Source of the DNA: a virus
IMG/VR virus record: IMGVR_UViG_3300048694_001042
Span: 1-64,000 of that record
DNA: 64,000 nucleotides
Reading direction: 5' to 3' (one strand)
This document shows, piece after piece, positions 50,402-59,957 of this stretch; the stretch's first letter is position 1, and the number at the start of each line of letters is the position of its first letter. The notes under the pieces were generated by a model, which worked only from the letters and a program-made list of their open reading frames with translations, was not told the DNA's origin and made no database searches. Both the position numbers and the translations under genes were made by a program.

Positions 50402-50767
50402 ATGCATATAATTTTTGGCGATGCCATAAAACACATACCCAATAGTTATACAGTATTGGAGTTAGATACCATACGTATAGAACCTGACAACCAAGAATTC
50501 AAGACCTACTGTGTGATTGAAAAAATTCCTTTGGCTGAGTTTCCTGTTGCAGAAATAAATCAAAAAGTTCATGCAGATTTGATACAACACTACAAGCAGC
50601 AGGACTGGCAATTTTGCGAAGATGCAATCTCTGTACTGTACGGAAAATGGGACGGAGAAATAGATAGTTTTTATGACGACTTGAGCCGACGAATCAACGA
50701 GTATAAAAACGTCAAGTTAGAACCCAGCTGGGATGGCACACTGGTGCGTTCTATAAATACTCAATGA
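50402..50767 (+). CDS. Hypothetical protein resembling the C-terminal tail of class III nucleotide cyclases
   Basis: ELD.I, Y.QQDW, FY....RI, P.WDG pattern. Confidence 0.5.
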   Translation: MHIIFGDAIKHIPNSYTVLELDTIRIEPDNQEFKTYCVIEKIPLAEFPVAEINQKVHADLIQHYKQQDWQFCEDAISVLYGKWDGEIDSFYDDLSRRINEYKNVKLEPSWDGTLVRSINTQ

Positions 50768-51474
50768 CAGAATTAATTGCAACCCTAGTAATGACGCACA
50801 TTACCATTGCTTGTGTTACCTTGTATTTGCATCGTAGCCAAGCTCATCGCAGCGTGACCTTTCACCCAGCGATAGCACATTTCATGCGTTTTTGGTTGTG
50901 GCTCACAACAGGCATGGTTACCAAACAGTGGGTGGCCATACATCGCAAACACCATAGATACAGTGATCGATCAGGCGACCCGCACAGTCCATTGGTGTAT
51001 GGTATCCGCAGAGTTTTCTTTCAAGGAGCAGGTTTATATCATGAAGCAAGCAAAGATCGTGTTATGGTTGACGCATACGGTGCTGGTACTCCTGCTGATT
51101 GGATGGAGCGCAACGTATACAGTGCTCACTCCAGACTTGGCATTGGCCTTCTCTTTTTGTTCAACGTTGCCGTTTTCGGTTGGGTCGGCGCCTTAATATG
51201 GTTGGTACAAATGGCGTGGATTCCGTTTTGGGCAGCGGGAGTGATTAACGGCCTAGCACATTGGTGGGGATATAGAAATGGTGAAACTAGAGACAACAGT
51301 AGAAATATTAGTCCCATTGGTATTATCATCGGTGGTGAATGCTTACATAATAATCACCATCTTGACCCTGCTAGTGCCAAACTGAGCCGACGTTGGTTTG
51401 AGTTTGATATTGGTTGGATGTATATTGTTATTTTGCGTTCAGCGGGGTTGGCAAAGGTTACCCAGGCAAAGTAA
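50764..51474 (+). CDS. Membrane fatty-acid (delta-9-type) desaturase
   Basis: His boxes HRSQAH, HRKHH and HNNHH; DPHSP; FDIGW. Confidence 0.9.
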   Translation: MTELIATLVMTHITIACVTLYLHRSQAHRSVTFHPAIAHFMRFWLWLTTGMVTKQWVAIHRKHHRYSDRSGDPHSPLVYGIRRVFFQGAGLYHEASKDRVMVDAYGAGTPADWMERNVYSAHSRLGIGLLFLFNVAVFGWVGALIWLVQMAWIPFWAAGVINGLAHWWGYRNGETRDNSRNISPIGIIIGGECLHNNHHLDPASAKLSRRWFEFDIGWMYIVILRSAGLAKVTQAK

Positions 51475-51654
51475 CTTGAACTGTTCCATTTGATCCTGCG
51501 CTTCTACCACAGCACCCATCCAGAACCATTGATCCAGCATGGATTCCACAAACAGGTCCATGTACCAGTTAAACAATGGGCTGTTGAGCCAGGGCTCTGA
51601 TTGTTGGACCAGCAGGCGGTTCCACGCCTGCCCTAGTTGATAAAACTCATACAT
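51439..51654 (-). CDS. Small hypothetical protein
   Basis: Minus-strand ORF coupled to a 28-aa ORF (51654-51740) that follows a minus-strand TATAAATA (51746-51753). Confidence 0.45.
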   Translation of the reverse strand: MYEFYQLGQAWNRLLVQQSEPWLNSPLFNWYMDLFVESMLDQWFWMGAVVEAQDQMEQFKLLCLGNLCQPR

Positions 51655-51823
51655 CAGCTTGATTTAGTAGGGGTAATAGGTGCGGGCTTGTTGCCATTGA
51701 ATGGCGGGTTTTTGGGTGGATTATGTTTGAACCAACTCATGCTGGTATTTATATGTGACGTTGTGATTTTTTCAGGCCAGTGTAAAATAGCGATAAATTA
51801 TTCTATTACATTAAGGAACATTC

Positions 51824-53065
51824 ATGAAAAAAATCGGGTTTATTGGGATTGGCAAGCTAGGCTTAGACTGTGCTGAAGTAATGGCTGAAAAGCATGAAGT
51901 TCGCGGATATGACATCTATCCACGAACCAGTGATTCAGTAAAAGTCTGTGACATCAGCGAGCTGGTCAATGAAAGCGAGTGGATTTTTATCGCAGTCCCA
52001 ACACCACATGCCGAAGGCTATGATGGAAGTGTGCCAAGCTCGCACATGGAACCACGTGACTTCGGACACGACGCTGTGATTGACGCAATCAAGAACGTAA
52101 ACAAGTATGCTACATCTCCTAAAAAGGTTGTGCTGATTTCTACAGTGCTACCGGGCACAACACGCAAGCACTTTTATCCTTTGCTGGACAAGCAACATCA
52201 GTTCTTGTACAATCCCTACTTGATTGCCATGGGATCAGTAAAATGGGACATGGCCAATCCTGAAATGGTCATGATTGGTACAGAAGATGGCAACCCCAAT
52301 GCTCTGGCCGGTGAGTTGATTGATTTGTACAAAACCATGATGCAAAACAATCCACGCTATGAAATTGGTACCTGGGACGAGTGCGAAGCAATCAAGATTT
52401 TCTACAATACCTTTATTTCAGCCAAGGTTGGTCTGGTCAACATGATTCAAGACTTTGCCATGCGTATTGGACACATCAACGTTGACGTTGTGACCAATGC
52501 TCTAGCTCGAAGCACCATGCGTATCATGGGACCCAAGTACATGACCGCAGGCATGGGCGATGCAGGCGCTTGCCACCCACGTGACAACATTGCTCTGCGT
52601 TGGTTGGCCAAAGAGTACAATTTGGGCTATGACTTGTTTGACACAGTGATGCATGCCAGAGAAATCCAAGCCAAAAACTTGGCCATGTTCTTGGTGGACT
52701 TGAGTGTGATGAACGACAACTTGCCCATTGCCATTCACGGCAAAGCATACAAGCCCGACGTTCCCTACTGCATTGGTAGCTACAGCACCTTGGTTGGACA
52801 CTATGTTGAACAAGAAGGTAAATCGGTTGTGTACGTCGATCCCTTGGCCGATGATCCAACCAACGTGGTTGAAAAGGTTGGTGGACCTGCAATCTTTTTA
52901 TGGGCACATGATCGCAAGATCACTTACGAATACACTGGTGACCAACCCGAAACTCAACCTTATTGTGAAATCCTCCCAGGATCCATTATTGTTGACCCTT
53001 GGCGCAAGCTGAAATCGGGCAACGGCATTGAAGTTATTCATTACGGTAACACCCGTCAACAATAA
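51824..53065 (+). CDS. ugd: UDP-glucose/GDP-mannose dehydrogenase family
   Basis: GIGKLG, IAVPTP, STVLPGT, E.IK..YN and GAC.PRD. Confidence 0.85.
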   Translation: MKKIGFIGIGKLGLDCAEVMAEKHEVRGYDIYPRTSDSVKVCDISELVNESEWIFIAVPTPHAEGYDGSVPSSHMEPRDFGHDAVIDAIKNVNKYATSPKKVVLISTVLPGTTRKHFYPLLDKQHQFLYNPYLIAMGSVKWDMANPEMVMIGTEDGNPNALAGELIDLYKTMMQNNPRYEIGTWDECEAIKIFYNTFISAKVGLVNMIQDFAMRIGHINVDVVTNALARSTMRIMGPKYMTAGMGDAGACHPRDNIALRWLAKEYNLGYDLFDTVMHAREIQAKNLAMFLVDLSVMNDNLPIAIHGKAYKPDVPYCIGSYSTLVGHYVEQEGKSVVYVDPLADDPTNVVEKVGGPAIFLWAHDRKITYEYTGDQPETQPYCEILPGSIIVDPWRKLKSGNGIEVIHYGNTRQQ

Positions 53066-53101
53066 CTTGACAAATAAACCCAATACGTGTATAATTACAC
53101 T

Positions 53102-54121
53102 ATGACTACACGTATTGGCTTTTGCTGCAAATGGCTCGATGACCCTGCTGAAACTGCAGGCCGTAAACCCACGTCTGAGAGCCGTGACCTAAATGGACGT
53201 TCCACTACCATGCGTTGGCTCCGTGAACATGCGGACGAAGCCGAACAACGCCAGTGGGACATTATGAACCACAATGCCCGTGCGGCTCTGCTTATGGTAG
53301 AACGTGTGGGCACACTGCCTCCTGAACGCAGAATGGTGCGTCTGGGTAGCGAAATGCTACAAGGCTACACAGAACCTTCATGGATAGATTGGTGGCAACG
53401 ACGTGAAATACAAGATCACTGTGAACGAATCTTTGCGCCGGTTGGAGACGCTGCTCGGCGTCTTGGTGTACGGCTATCCTTCCATCCAGGGCAATTTTGT
53501 GTACTGGCAAGCGAGTCGGATGAAATCGTGGAGAGATCCATACTCGAGTTTGAGTATCATACAGACATGGCGCGGTGGATGGGATTTGGCCATGACTTTC
53601 ATGATTCGGGATTCAAGATCAACGTACACTTATCGGGCAAAGGCGGTCCTGCTAAGTTTTTGCAGACGCTGAAACGTCTGTCACCTGAGGCTAGAAACCT
53701 TATCACTATCGAAAACGACGAGATGTCAAATGGGCTTGATACTACTTTACTTGTGGCTGAGCATTGTGCTCTTGTGCTGGATATTCATCACCACTGGGTC
53801 AAAACAGGCGAATATATCGACCCCGCGGACGCTCGTGTTCAGCGGGTTCGTGAGTCTTGGCGTGGTGAGCGTCCTGTACTCCATTTTTCTACTAGCCGCG
53901 AAGATATTTTGGTTGACCATGATCCAAACGTTCGACCAGACCTTGCTGCTCTTATTGCTGGAGGTCATAAAAAACAGCAACTCCGGGCACACAGTGACTT
54001 CTATTGGAACCATGCTGTGAACGACTGGGCCTTGAGCTTTGCTGATCGCTTTGACATACAATGCGAGGCCAAGGGCAAGAACCTAGCAAGTGAACAGATC
54101 TATGAACGACTTATTGGTTAA
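53102..54121 (+). CDS. uvsE: UV damage endonuclease UvsE/UVDE
   Basis: RIGFCC, RLSFHPGQF, IENDE, LDIHHH, AHSD and EAK.K; ATG 6 nt after TTGACA-17-TATAAT. Confidence 0.9.
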   Translation: MTTRIGFCCKWLDDPAETAGRKPTSESRDLNGRSTTMRWLREHADEAEQRQWDIMNHNARAALLMVERVGTLPPERRMVRLGSEMLQGYTEPSWIDWWQRREIQDHCERIFAPVGDAARRLGVRLSFHPGQFCVLASESDEIVERSILEFEYHTDMARWMGFGHDFHDSGFKINVHLSGKGGPAKFLQTLKRLSPEARNLITIENDEMSNGLDTTLLVAEHCALVLDIHHHWVKTGEYIDPADARVQRVRESWRGERPVLHFSTSREDILVDHDPNVRPDLAALIAGGHKKQQLRAHSDFYWNHAVNDWALSFADRFDIQCEAKGKNLASEQIYERLIG

Positions 54122-54389
54122 TACCTTTAGTTGGATACGAGATGATTTCCGGTCTTATCCTACTAGGTTTGTTGTTGAGTTGCTTGCTTGGGCTATTAGC
54201 ATTGGGTGCAGTATTACTATGGCTCTTACTGTCCCCAACCCACCCTTACTCACCTTATATCCTATTTGGATCTCTGGTTGCGCCATGTATGCTTGGGCTG
54301 CTTATACTAGGAAATCATTTGGCATGCTGGTTAACTACCTGCTTCTTGTGACCATTGATTCAGTTGGCCTATTTAGGATGCTTATGTAA
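54102..54389 (+). CDS. Small multi-pass membrane protein
   Basis: Three hydrophobic segments. Confidence 0.65.
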   Translation: MNDLLVNTFSWIRDDFRSYPTRFVVELLAWAISIGCSITMALTVPNPPLLTLYPIWISGCAMYAWAAYTRKSFGMLVNYLLLVTIDSVGLFRMLM

Positions 54390-54461
54390 GCAGATATTTC
54401 TTTCGTTTAGTTACCATAAGTAATAGGTACTCAAGTACGCTATACTCTAAGGTGAACAATA

Positions 54462-55913
54462 ATGATAAGAACTATCACTGCGGGGTTACTTGCCGTTTCA
54501 ATGGCCGGAGCCGTTTCCGCACAAACTCTAATTAATCAAAGCTCTATATCCAGTGGATATGGATCTGCTAGCTTAATAGATACCAACAGTACTTCTAACT
54601 CAGTTAGTACTGTTAATACCACAAATACCAGCACAGCTACGACTAACAGCACCGCTACCAGTACTGTTACGTCCACCAACGTAAACACCAACAACAACGT
54701 AAACAGTGGTGCTGTGACTTATACCAACAACAACGTAAACAGTGGGTCGGTAACCTATACCAACAACAACGTTGCGTCGGGGGAAGTAACATACAACAAC
54801 GTAAACAGTGGCACAGTGAATTACAACAACACAAATACCAGCACTGCCACAAATACTAACAACAACACAAATACCAGCACAAGCACCAATACAAACACAA
54901 ACAACAACACAAATACCAACACCAGTACCAGCACTGCTACAAACACCAACAATAACACAAATACCAGTACCAGTACCAATACAAACACAAACAACAACAC
55001 AAATACCAACACAAATACCAGCACATCAACCAACACCAACAACAACACAAATACCAACACTAGTACCAATACAAACACCAATACAAACATAAACACCAAT
55101 AACGGTACTATGAATTACAACAACACCAACACAAGCACAGCCACTAACACAAACAACAACACCAGTACCAGTACTGCAACTAACACAAACAACAACACCA
55201 GTACTAGCACCAACACAAACACCAATAACAATACCAACACATCAACTAGTACCAACACAAACACCAATAACAATACAAGTACCAGTAACAACGTGAACAC
55301 TAACACAAATACCAGTACTGCTACAAATACTAATACCAACAACAATACCAATACCAGTACAAGTAACAATGTGAATACAAACACCAATACGTCGACTAGC
55401 ACCAGTACAAGTAGTAACAACAACGTCAACCAAAACGTACAAACTGGAGACATGACCAATCGTAATATTAACGATACTACAATTACACAAAAGATTATTC
55501 AGCCTCCACCAACTGCTATTGCTCCAATGATGATGAGCGGCGGCAACCAAGACCTGTGTACAACTGGCACATCCAGTGCTGTACAAACACAAATCTTTGG
55601 TGTGTCAACAGGCGGTACAGTACGTGACTTGAATTGTGAACGTTTGAAGTTGAGCAAGACATTGTTTGATATGGGTATGAAAGTTGCTGCCGTTGCTACA
55701 ATGTGCCAAGACAAGCGTGTTTGGGATGCTATGATGGCTGCAGGAACACCTTGCCCATACGAAGGCAAGATTGGTGAACAGGCCAAGGCTGCATGGGAAG
55801 CAAACCCAACCAAGGTACCACCTGAACCAGAAAAGGAAGTGAAAGATGACACTTATCAGAAAGTTGGCTTTGGTGCTCTTATTGGCATCTTGGTTAACAA
55901 GTGGTTCAACTAA
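54462..55913 (+). CDS. Exported protein with a long Asn/Thr/Ser repeat tract, a Cys-containing C-terminal domain and a terminal hydrophobic helix
   Basis: Signal peptide; NTNTSTST repeats; four Cys in the C-terminal domain. Confidence 0.8.
   Translation: MIRTITAGLLAVSMAGAVSAQTLINQSSISSGYGSASLIDTNSTSNSVSTVNTTNTSTATTNSTATSTVTSTNVNTNNNVNSGAVTYTNNNVNSGSVTYTNNNVASGEVTYNNVNSGTVNYNNTNTSTATNTNNNTNTSTSTNTNTNNNTNTNTSTSTATNTNNNTNTSTSTNTNTNNNTNTNTNTSTSTNTNNNTNTNTSTNTNTNTNINTNNGTMNYNNTNTSTATNTNNNTSTSTATNTNNNTSTSTNTNTNNNTNTSTSTNTNTNNNTSTSNNVNTNTNTSTATNTNTNNNTNTSTSNNVNTNTNTSTSTSTSSNNNVNQNVQTGDMTNRNINDTTITQKIIQPPPTAIAPMMMSGGNQDLCTTGTSSAVQTQIFGVSTGGTVRDLNCERLKLSKTLFDMGMKVAAVATMCQDKRVWDAMMAAGTPCPYEGKIGEQAKAAWEANPTKVPPEPEKEVKDDTYQKVGFGALIGILVNKWFN
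54685..55430 (+). repeat. Coding low-complexity repeat (NNNVNSGxVTYT units then NTNTSTxT units)
   Basis: AAC/ACC/AAT/AGT-rich degenerate tandem array. Confidence 0.9.
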
Positions 55914-57834
55914 CAGCCAAGAACTAGTACCTGGTCAAGTTTATAACACACAAAACTTGACCAATAACTCTACTTCTGCCAGTTCTACTACTGGAACTTG
56001 GCAGAACGTTGGTTTGTGGAATCAGGGATTGCCATGCTGGGCACCAGGCGGGCCCACCTATTGCGGACCAAAACCTTATTTCAATAACGGTAGTGTGAAC
56101 TTTTCCTATGGCACCACTGACTTGAATCAAGTAGTGAACATTGCTGCGGCATTGCCTACCAGCAGCACTGGATTGAGAGTTAATGGTTTCAATTTTGGAT
56201 TCACTGCTAAAAACGGCAATGGCTGGGACGATGGTCGCCAAGACTATCTTGCAGCCTATGTTAAATTCCGTGACACTAGTGGGGCTGTGGTTGCCAATTA
56301 CGACTACTCCGGCAGTACCAATCGCCAATACAACTGGACCACATTTAATTTTAGTGAGACATTTACTACACCTTATGCTGCCAAAGATTTGAGCACAGCG
56401 CAATACGGGTTTGTTGGAAGAGACAACAACTTCTGGGCCGGACCATACGGACCTGAAATCCAAGGAATAAATTTCAGTTTGAAATATTCAGTAGACCCTT
56501 GTGTGAAAGATCCGCTGTCAAGCCCAACCTGTTCAGGCTTCTTGGACGCATTGAGTAAAACAACTGGTGCAACCTCCACTTCGGCAACAACTACCACAGC
56601 TTCGCCTGCCACAGTGGCAGCAACTACAACAACTGAAACACCAGTTACAACAACTACCACAACAGTATCTGGACCACCACCTTCTGCGGTTTCTGCTGAT
56701 TTGTTGTCTAAGATTGTGGAAAGCAATCGAACTGCTAATGCAGCCTCTGCGGCCAGCATTACAGCCGCCACAAATCTAAATGACAAATCTTCTGTGGCAG
56801 CATTTGCGCTGTCAGTGATTGCAAAAAATGCAGCCAATGACCGAGCAATACAAGAAAAAGCAGTAGGAGATGCAATAGCTTCTGCCAATGCGGCTGCAAC
56901 AGCAGCAGTTGAGCAGGCACAAGCAATTGCATTGACTCAAAGTCTAGCCAGTGCAAACACTGCCAATAGACTTGCTGGAGCTGCGGTTGCAAGCAGTGGT
57001 CCAGCGCCTGGCGTTAATACTGCTGCATCAGTTCCAGCAGCTGGAGTCAATAATGCGGTGACAGGTCCAGCACCTGGTGCTACTATTGCAAATAATGCCA
57101 CTGTGGTGACCAATAACACAGGTGCAATACAAACTGGCAACAACAATAATATCACAGCACAGAACAGTTTACCATTGCTAGCCCCAGCACCTGCACCGGT
57201 TGTGGAAAACACTGCACCAACGCAATCAACTGCGCCAGTAGTTCAAACAGCAGTGGTGCAAAATAACAATGTTTCCTTGCCAAGTACTACGCCAGTTGTA
57301 GCCAGTTTTGAGCTGTTACCGCCATCGATCTCAACTGCAACACAACCTGTGACATCAAACCCTGCACAAGGATTAAACGTAGCAATAACATCTACACCAT
57401 TTACGCCTGCACCAGTTTTTGTTTCACCGGCGCCAGTTTTTGTTTCACCAGCGCCAGTAATTGAATTGCCAAAATTCAAAGAAGTCGAAAGCAGTCGTAA
57501 CATAGACATGAGCTCACCCACTGACTTTGTTGCTGGATATGTAAACACCAAACACAACCTAAATGACATGCAAGCCACAACAAACGCACCAGCAGTGAAC
57601 AGCAAAGCACAAGACAATGATGCTGCCGGTGGCGTTACTATTGCAGCCATTGCAAAAATGCCACCAGGATACGATCTATATACGTCACTGTCAATTAGAG
57701 ATGCAAACTTCTACAAGCCAGAAGAGTTGTATCGTGGACAAAAGACTGTGGACAATGTTAGATTACTAAGAGGTTTGACTGGAGCTAGTGATAGAGTCCA
57801 TCAAGAAATGGTTGATAGCCAATATAACAAATAA
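55846..57834 (+). CDS. Exported protein with beta-rich N-terminal domain and Ala/Thr/Pro-rich stalk
   Basis: Signal-like N-terminus; DPC..DPLSSP.C.G motif; low-complexity middle. Confidence 0.7.
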   Translation: MTLIRKLALVLLLASWLTSGSTNSQELVPGQVYNTQNLTNNSTSASSTTGTWQNVGLWNQGLPCWAPGGPTYCGPKPYFNNGSVNFSYGTTDLNQVVNIAAALPTSSTGLRVNGFNFGFTAKNGNGWDDGRQDYLAAYVKFRDTSGAVVANYDYSGSTNRQYNWTTFNFSETFTTPYAAKDLSTAQYGFVGRDNNFWAGPYGPEIQGINFSLKYSVDPCVKDPLSSPTCSGFLDALSKTTGATSTSATTTTASPATVAATTTTETPVTTTTTTVSGPPPSAVSADLLSKIVESNRTANAASAASITAATNLNDKSSVAAFALSVIAKNAANDRAIQEKAVGDAIASANAAATAAVEQAQAIALTQSLASANTANRLAGAAVASSGPAPGVNTAASVPAAGVNNAVTGPAPGATIANNATVVTNNTGAIQTGNNNNITAQNSLPLLAPAPAPVVENTAPTQSTAPVVQTAVVQNNNVSLPSTTPVVASFELLPPSISTATQPVTSNPAQGLNVAITSTPFTPAPVFVSPAPVFVSPAPVIELPKFKEVESSRNIDMSSPTDFVAGYVNTKHNLNDMQATTNAPAVNSKAQDNDAAGGVTIAAIAKMPPGYDLYTSLSIRDANFYKPEELYRGQKTVDNVRLLRGLTGASDRVHQEMVDSQYNK

Positions 57835-57849
57835 TAAAAGGAGCCAGAA

Positions 57850-58437
57850 ATGGGAGAGGAAATCAAAGACTTAAACAAGGAAGTCGACAAATTAGAAGAA
57901 GCAGCCAAAAAGTACGCTAGCAAGGACACAGTGATCAGCATTGGTGGGTATGAATTCACGCCGGCCAAGCTCATGGTAGCATTTACGTTAGCCAGTTCAC
58001 TGCTAGGCGGTTTGTATGGTGCGTTTGAAGTGTACAAAGACTACATAGGCATGAAGAAAAAGATTGCTGAATACACAGCACCAGACCTGTCAGGATTTGA
58101 CAAACGTCTGGCCGTGATTGAAGAAAACAGTCAAAAAGCGTCGGACTACACTCGTGATATCAAAACTGATTTGAAGAGTGACATTCGCCGCAATGAGTCA
58201 GTCACAGAACAAGTGGAACGCAGTGTCAAACAAGCACAGCGCGAAACTGAACAAGAGATGCGTCAAGCACGCAAAGATGTGCGTGAAGACCTGGACAAGG
58301 CACGCAATGAAGTCAATGCTATCCGCAAGGAAATGGCAGAAGCACGTAGAGAAATTTCACGTGAAGTTGAGCAACTCAAACGTGAAGTAGATGGCAAGAT
58401 TCAAAAGGCCATCGACAATCCCTTGGCTAACAAATAA
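57850..58437 (+). CDS. Single-pass membrane coiled-coil protein
   Basis: TM helix, long heptad region, ends AIDNPLA. Confidence 0.75.
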   Translation: MGEEIKDLNKEVDKLEEAAKKYASKDTVISIGGYEFTPAKLMVAFTLASSLLGGLYGAFEVYKDYIGMKKKIAEYTAPDLSGFDKRLAVIEENSQKASDYTRDIKTDLKSDIRRNESVTEQVERSVKQAQRETEQEMRQARKDVREDLDKARNEVNAIRKEMAEARREISREVEQLKREVDGKIQKAIDNPLANK

Positions 58438-58595
58438 TGTATACCACTTACTTCTTAATAGGGTTTGTTACATCGTTTGGATGGTGGTCAGCAGGCAAAG
58501 TACAAAAGTCAGTTGACAACACTGTTGTTGAAATAAGGGTTGAAACCAAGACAGTTGCACCTGCCAAACCAACGACCGATGCAAAGTAAAATGCC

Positions 58596-59147
58596 ATGGT
58601 CGATCCTATTTCCATTGGCGCAGCGTATCTAGTTGCCAAAACAGCAGTAGGTGGAATCAAGGAAGCTATTAGGCTTGGAAAAGACGCTGGTGAAATAGCC
58701 GGCGAAATTTCCAAGTTTTTTCATTCTGCAGTCACAGTAGAAAAGGCTGCTAAAAAAATTGACGCTGACCGCGTGGTCAAGATGAAGCAGGATGTCAAGA
58801 AAGGCGACCTCAAAGGCTATTACGAACTCACAGCCGAAGCTATGGACATTGCCATCAAGGCCGAAGAAGTCAAACGATTTGAAGAAGAAATCAAAGATAC
58901 GCTAATATGGTCCGGACGTGGACACATTTACTATACCATGGTAAGTGAACGCAATAGAATGGAAGCTGAACAGGCCCGAGCCATTGCTCTTGAAGAACTA
59001 GAGCAAGCTAGAATAGAACAAGAAAAGCAACATCAAAAAGAAATGACACGAGACTTGATGTGGTGCGCGGCTGCTATAACACTAACCGGCTTGTTTCTCT
59101 GGTGGGTGGTTGATTTTATGATAACCAAAAAAATGGGAGTTGTTTGA
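58596..59147 (+). CDS. Hypothetical coiled-coil protein with C-terminal TM helix
   Basis: MVDPISIG start; hydrophobic tail. Confidence 0.7.
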   Translation: MVDPISIGAAYLVAKTAVGGIKEAIRLGKDAGEIAGEISKFFHSAVTVEKAAKKIDADRVVKMKQDVKKGDLKGYYELTAEAMDIAIKAEEVKRFEEEIKDTLIWSGRGHIYYTMVSERNRMEAEQARAIALEELEQARIEQEKQHQKEMTRDLMWCAAAITLTGLFLWWVVDFMITKKMGVV

Positions 59148-59165
59148 CAACCCCCATTGCGTAGA

Positions 59166-59513
59166 TTACTCTTTGGCTTTTTTAGCACGAGGCTTAGCCG
59201 GAGCTTTCATAGCTGCTGGCTTTTTTGCGGCTGCTTTTTTAGCTGCTGGCTTTTTAGCAGGTGTTTTTGTTTCTGTCTTGGCTTCTACTACCGGAGCAGG
59301 ATTGGCAGGATGCTTGTTCCACTCTTCTGCAGTCAAACTGTGTAGTCCCACACAATAACCAGACGGGCTACGACCGCAGCCGCACTTGGTTGGTTCTACC
59401 TTTGTGGTAGGTGCTTCGGCAGCAGGTGTTTCTACTTTGTAAGGCGCAACAGAGTCATTCTGGGCCGGGTGACCTTTTCGGTTTAATATAAAATCAAATA
59501 ATGTTTTGAACAT
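59166..59513 (-). CDS. Protein with CDGSH-like Cys3His motif and histone-H1-like PAKK tail
   Basis: CGCGRSPSGYCVGLH; KKPAAKK repeats; GAGGAG RBS and TAAATA upstream on minus. Confidence 0.65.
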   Translation of the reverse strand: MFKTLFDFILNRKGHPAQNDSVAPYKVETPAAEAPTTKVEPTKCGCGRSPSGYCVGLHSLTAEEWNKHPANPAPVVEAKTETKTPAKKPAAKKAAAKKPAAMKAPAKPRAKKAKE

Positions 59514-59564
59514 TTGGTTCTCCTCGGGGGTATTTATTAGTGACCATTCACTACAAAAAACTTA

Positions 59565-59655
59565 TTGCACTGCACAAAAAAATCATATATAATAGTACAT
59601 AGGACGCTGAATAGGTCGGGTCCTATAGTAGACTTGCTTACTTAAGGAGAAAATT
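59565..59655 (+). promoter_or_regulatory. sigma70 promoter overlapped by a PhaR-type box, followed by a ROSE-like leader
   Basis: TTGCAC-17-TATAAT; TGCACTGCACAA 59566-59577; ATAGGAC/GTCCTAT hairpin; CTTGCTT-ACTT-AAGGAG. Confidence 0.6.
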
Positions 59656-59937
59656 ATGTTTACACTAGACGCAACCATCGACGCCGTACAAAACGGTAAA
59701 AAACAATTCGTTAACACTTTCGTTCCAAACGAAAGCGTAAAAGAAACACTGAATAATTTCATTGACGCCCAAGCCGAATACACCAAGGCTGCGGTCAAAG
59801 TCGGACAAGACACAGCTACCAAGTTGGCTAGCGAAATGACCAAGGCCATTGGCGAAGCTGCCAAGTTTGACTACACCAAGTTTGGCGAAGGCGTAATGAA
59901 GGCCTATGACAACTTGGCCAAAGCCACTAAAAAGTAA
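59656..59937 (+). CDS. Phasin-like (PHA granule-associated) small helical protein
   Basis: 93-aa amphipathic Ala/Lys-rich protein (IDAVQNGKKQFVNTFV..FIDAQAEYTK); PhaR-type box upstream. Confidence 0.55.
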   Translation: MFTLDATIDAVQNGKKQFVNTFVPNESVKETLNNFIDAQAEYTKAAVKVGQDTATKLASEMTKAIGEAAKFDYTKFGEGVMKAYDNLAKATKK

Positions 59938-59957
59938 TACCTAAGTATTATCCGTAC

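Noticed and set aside
54685-55430. Repeat array as a possible CRISPR or DNA satellite
   Set aside because: No constant repeat with unique spacers; the repeat is in frame and degenerate at synonymous positions.
54821-55459. Minus-strand ORFs of poly(VLVLVF) that look like membrane proteins
   Set aside because: They are the antisense shadow of the Asn/Thr repeat in 54462-55913 and have no independent start signals.
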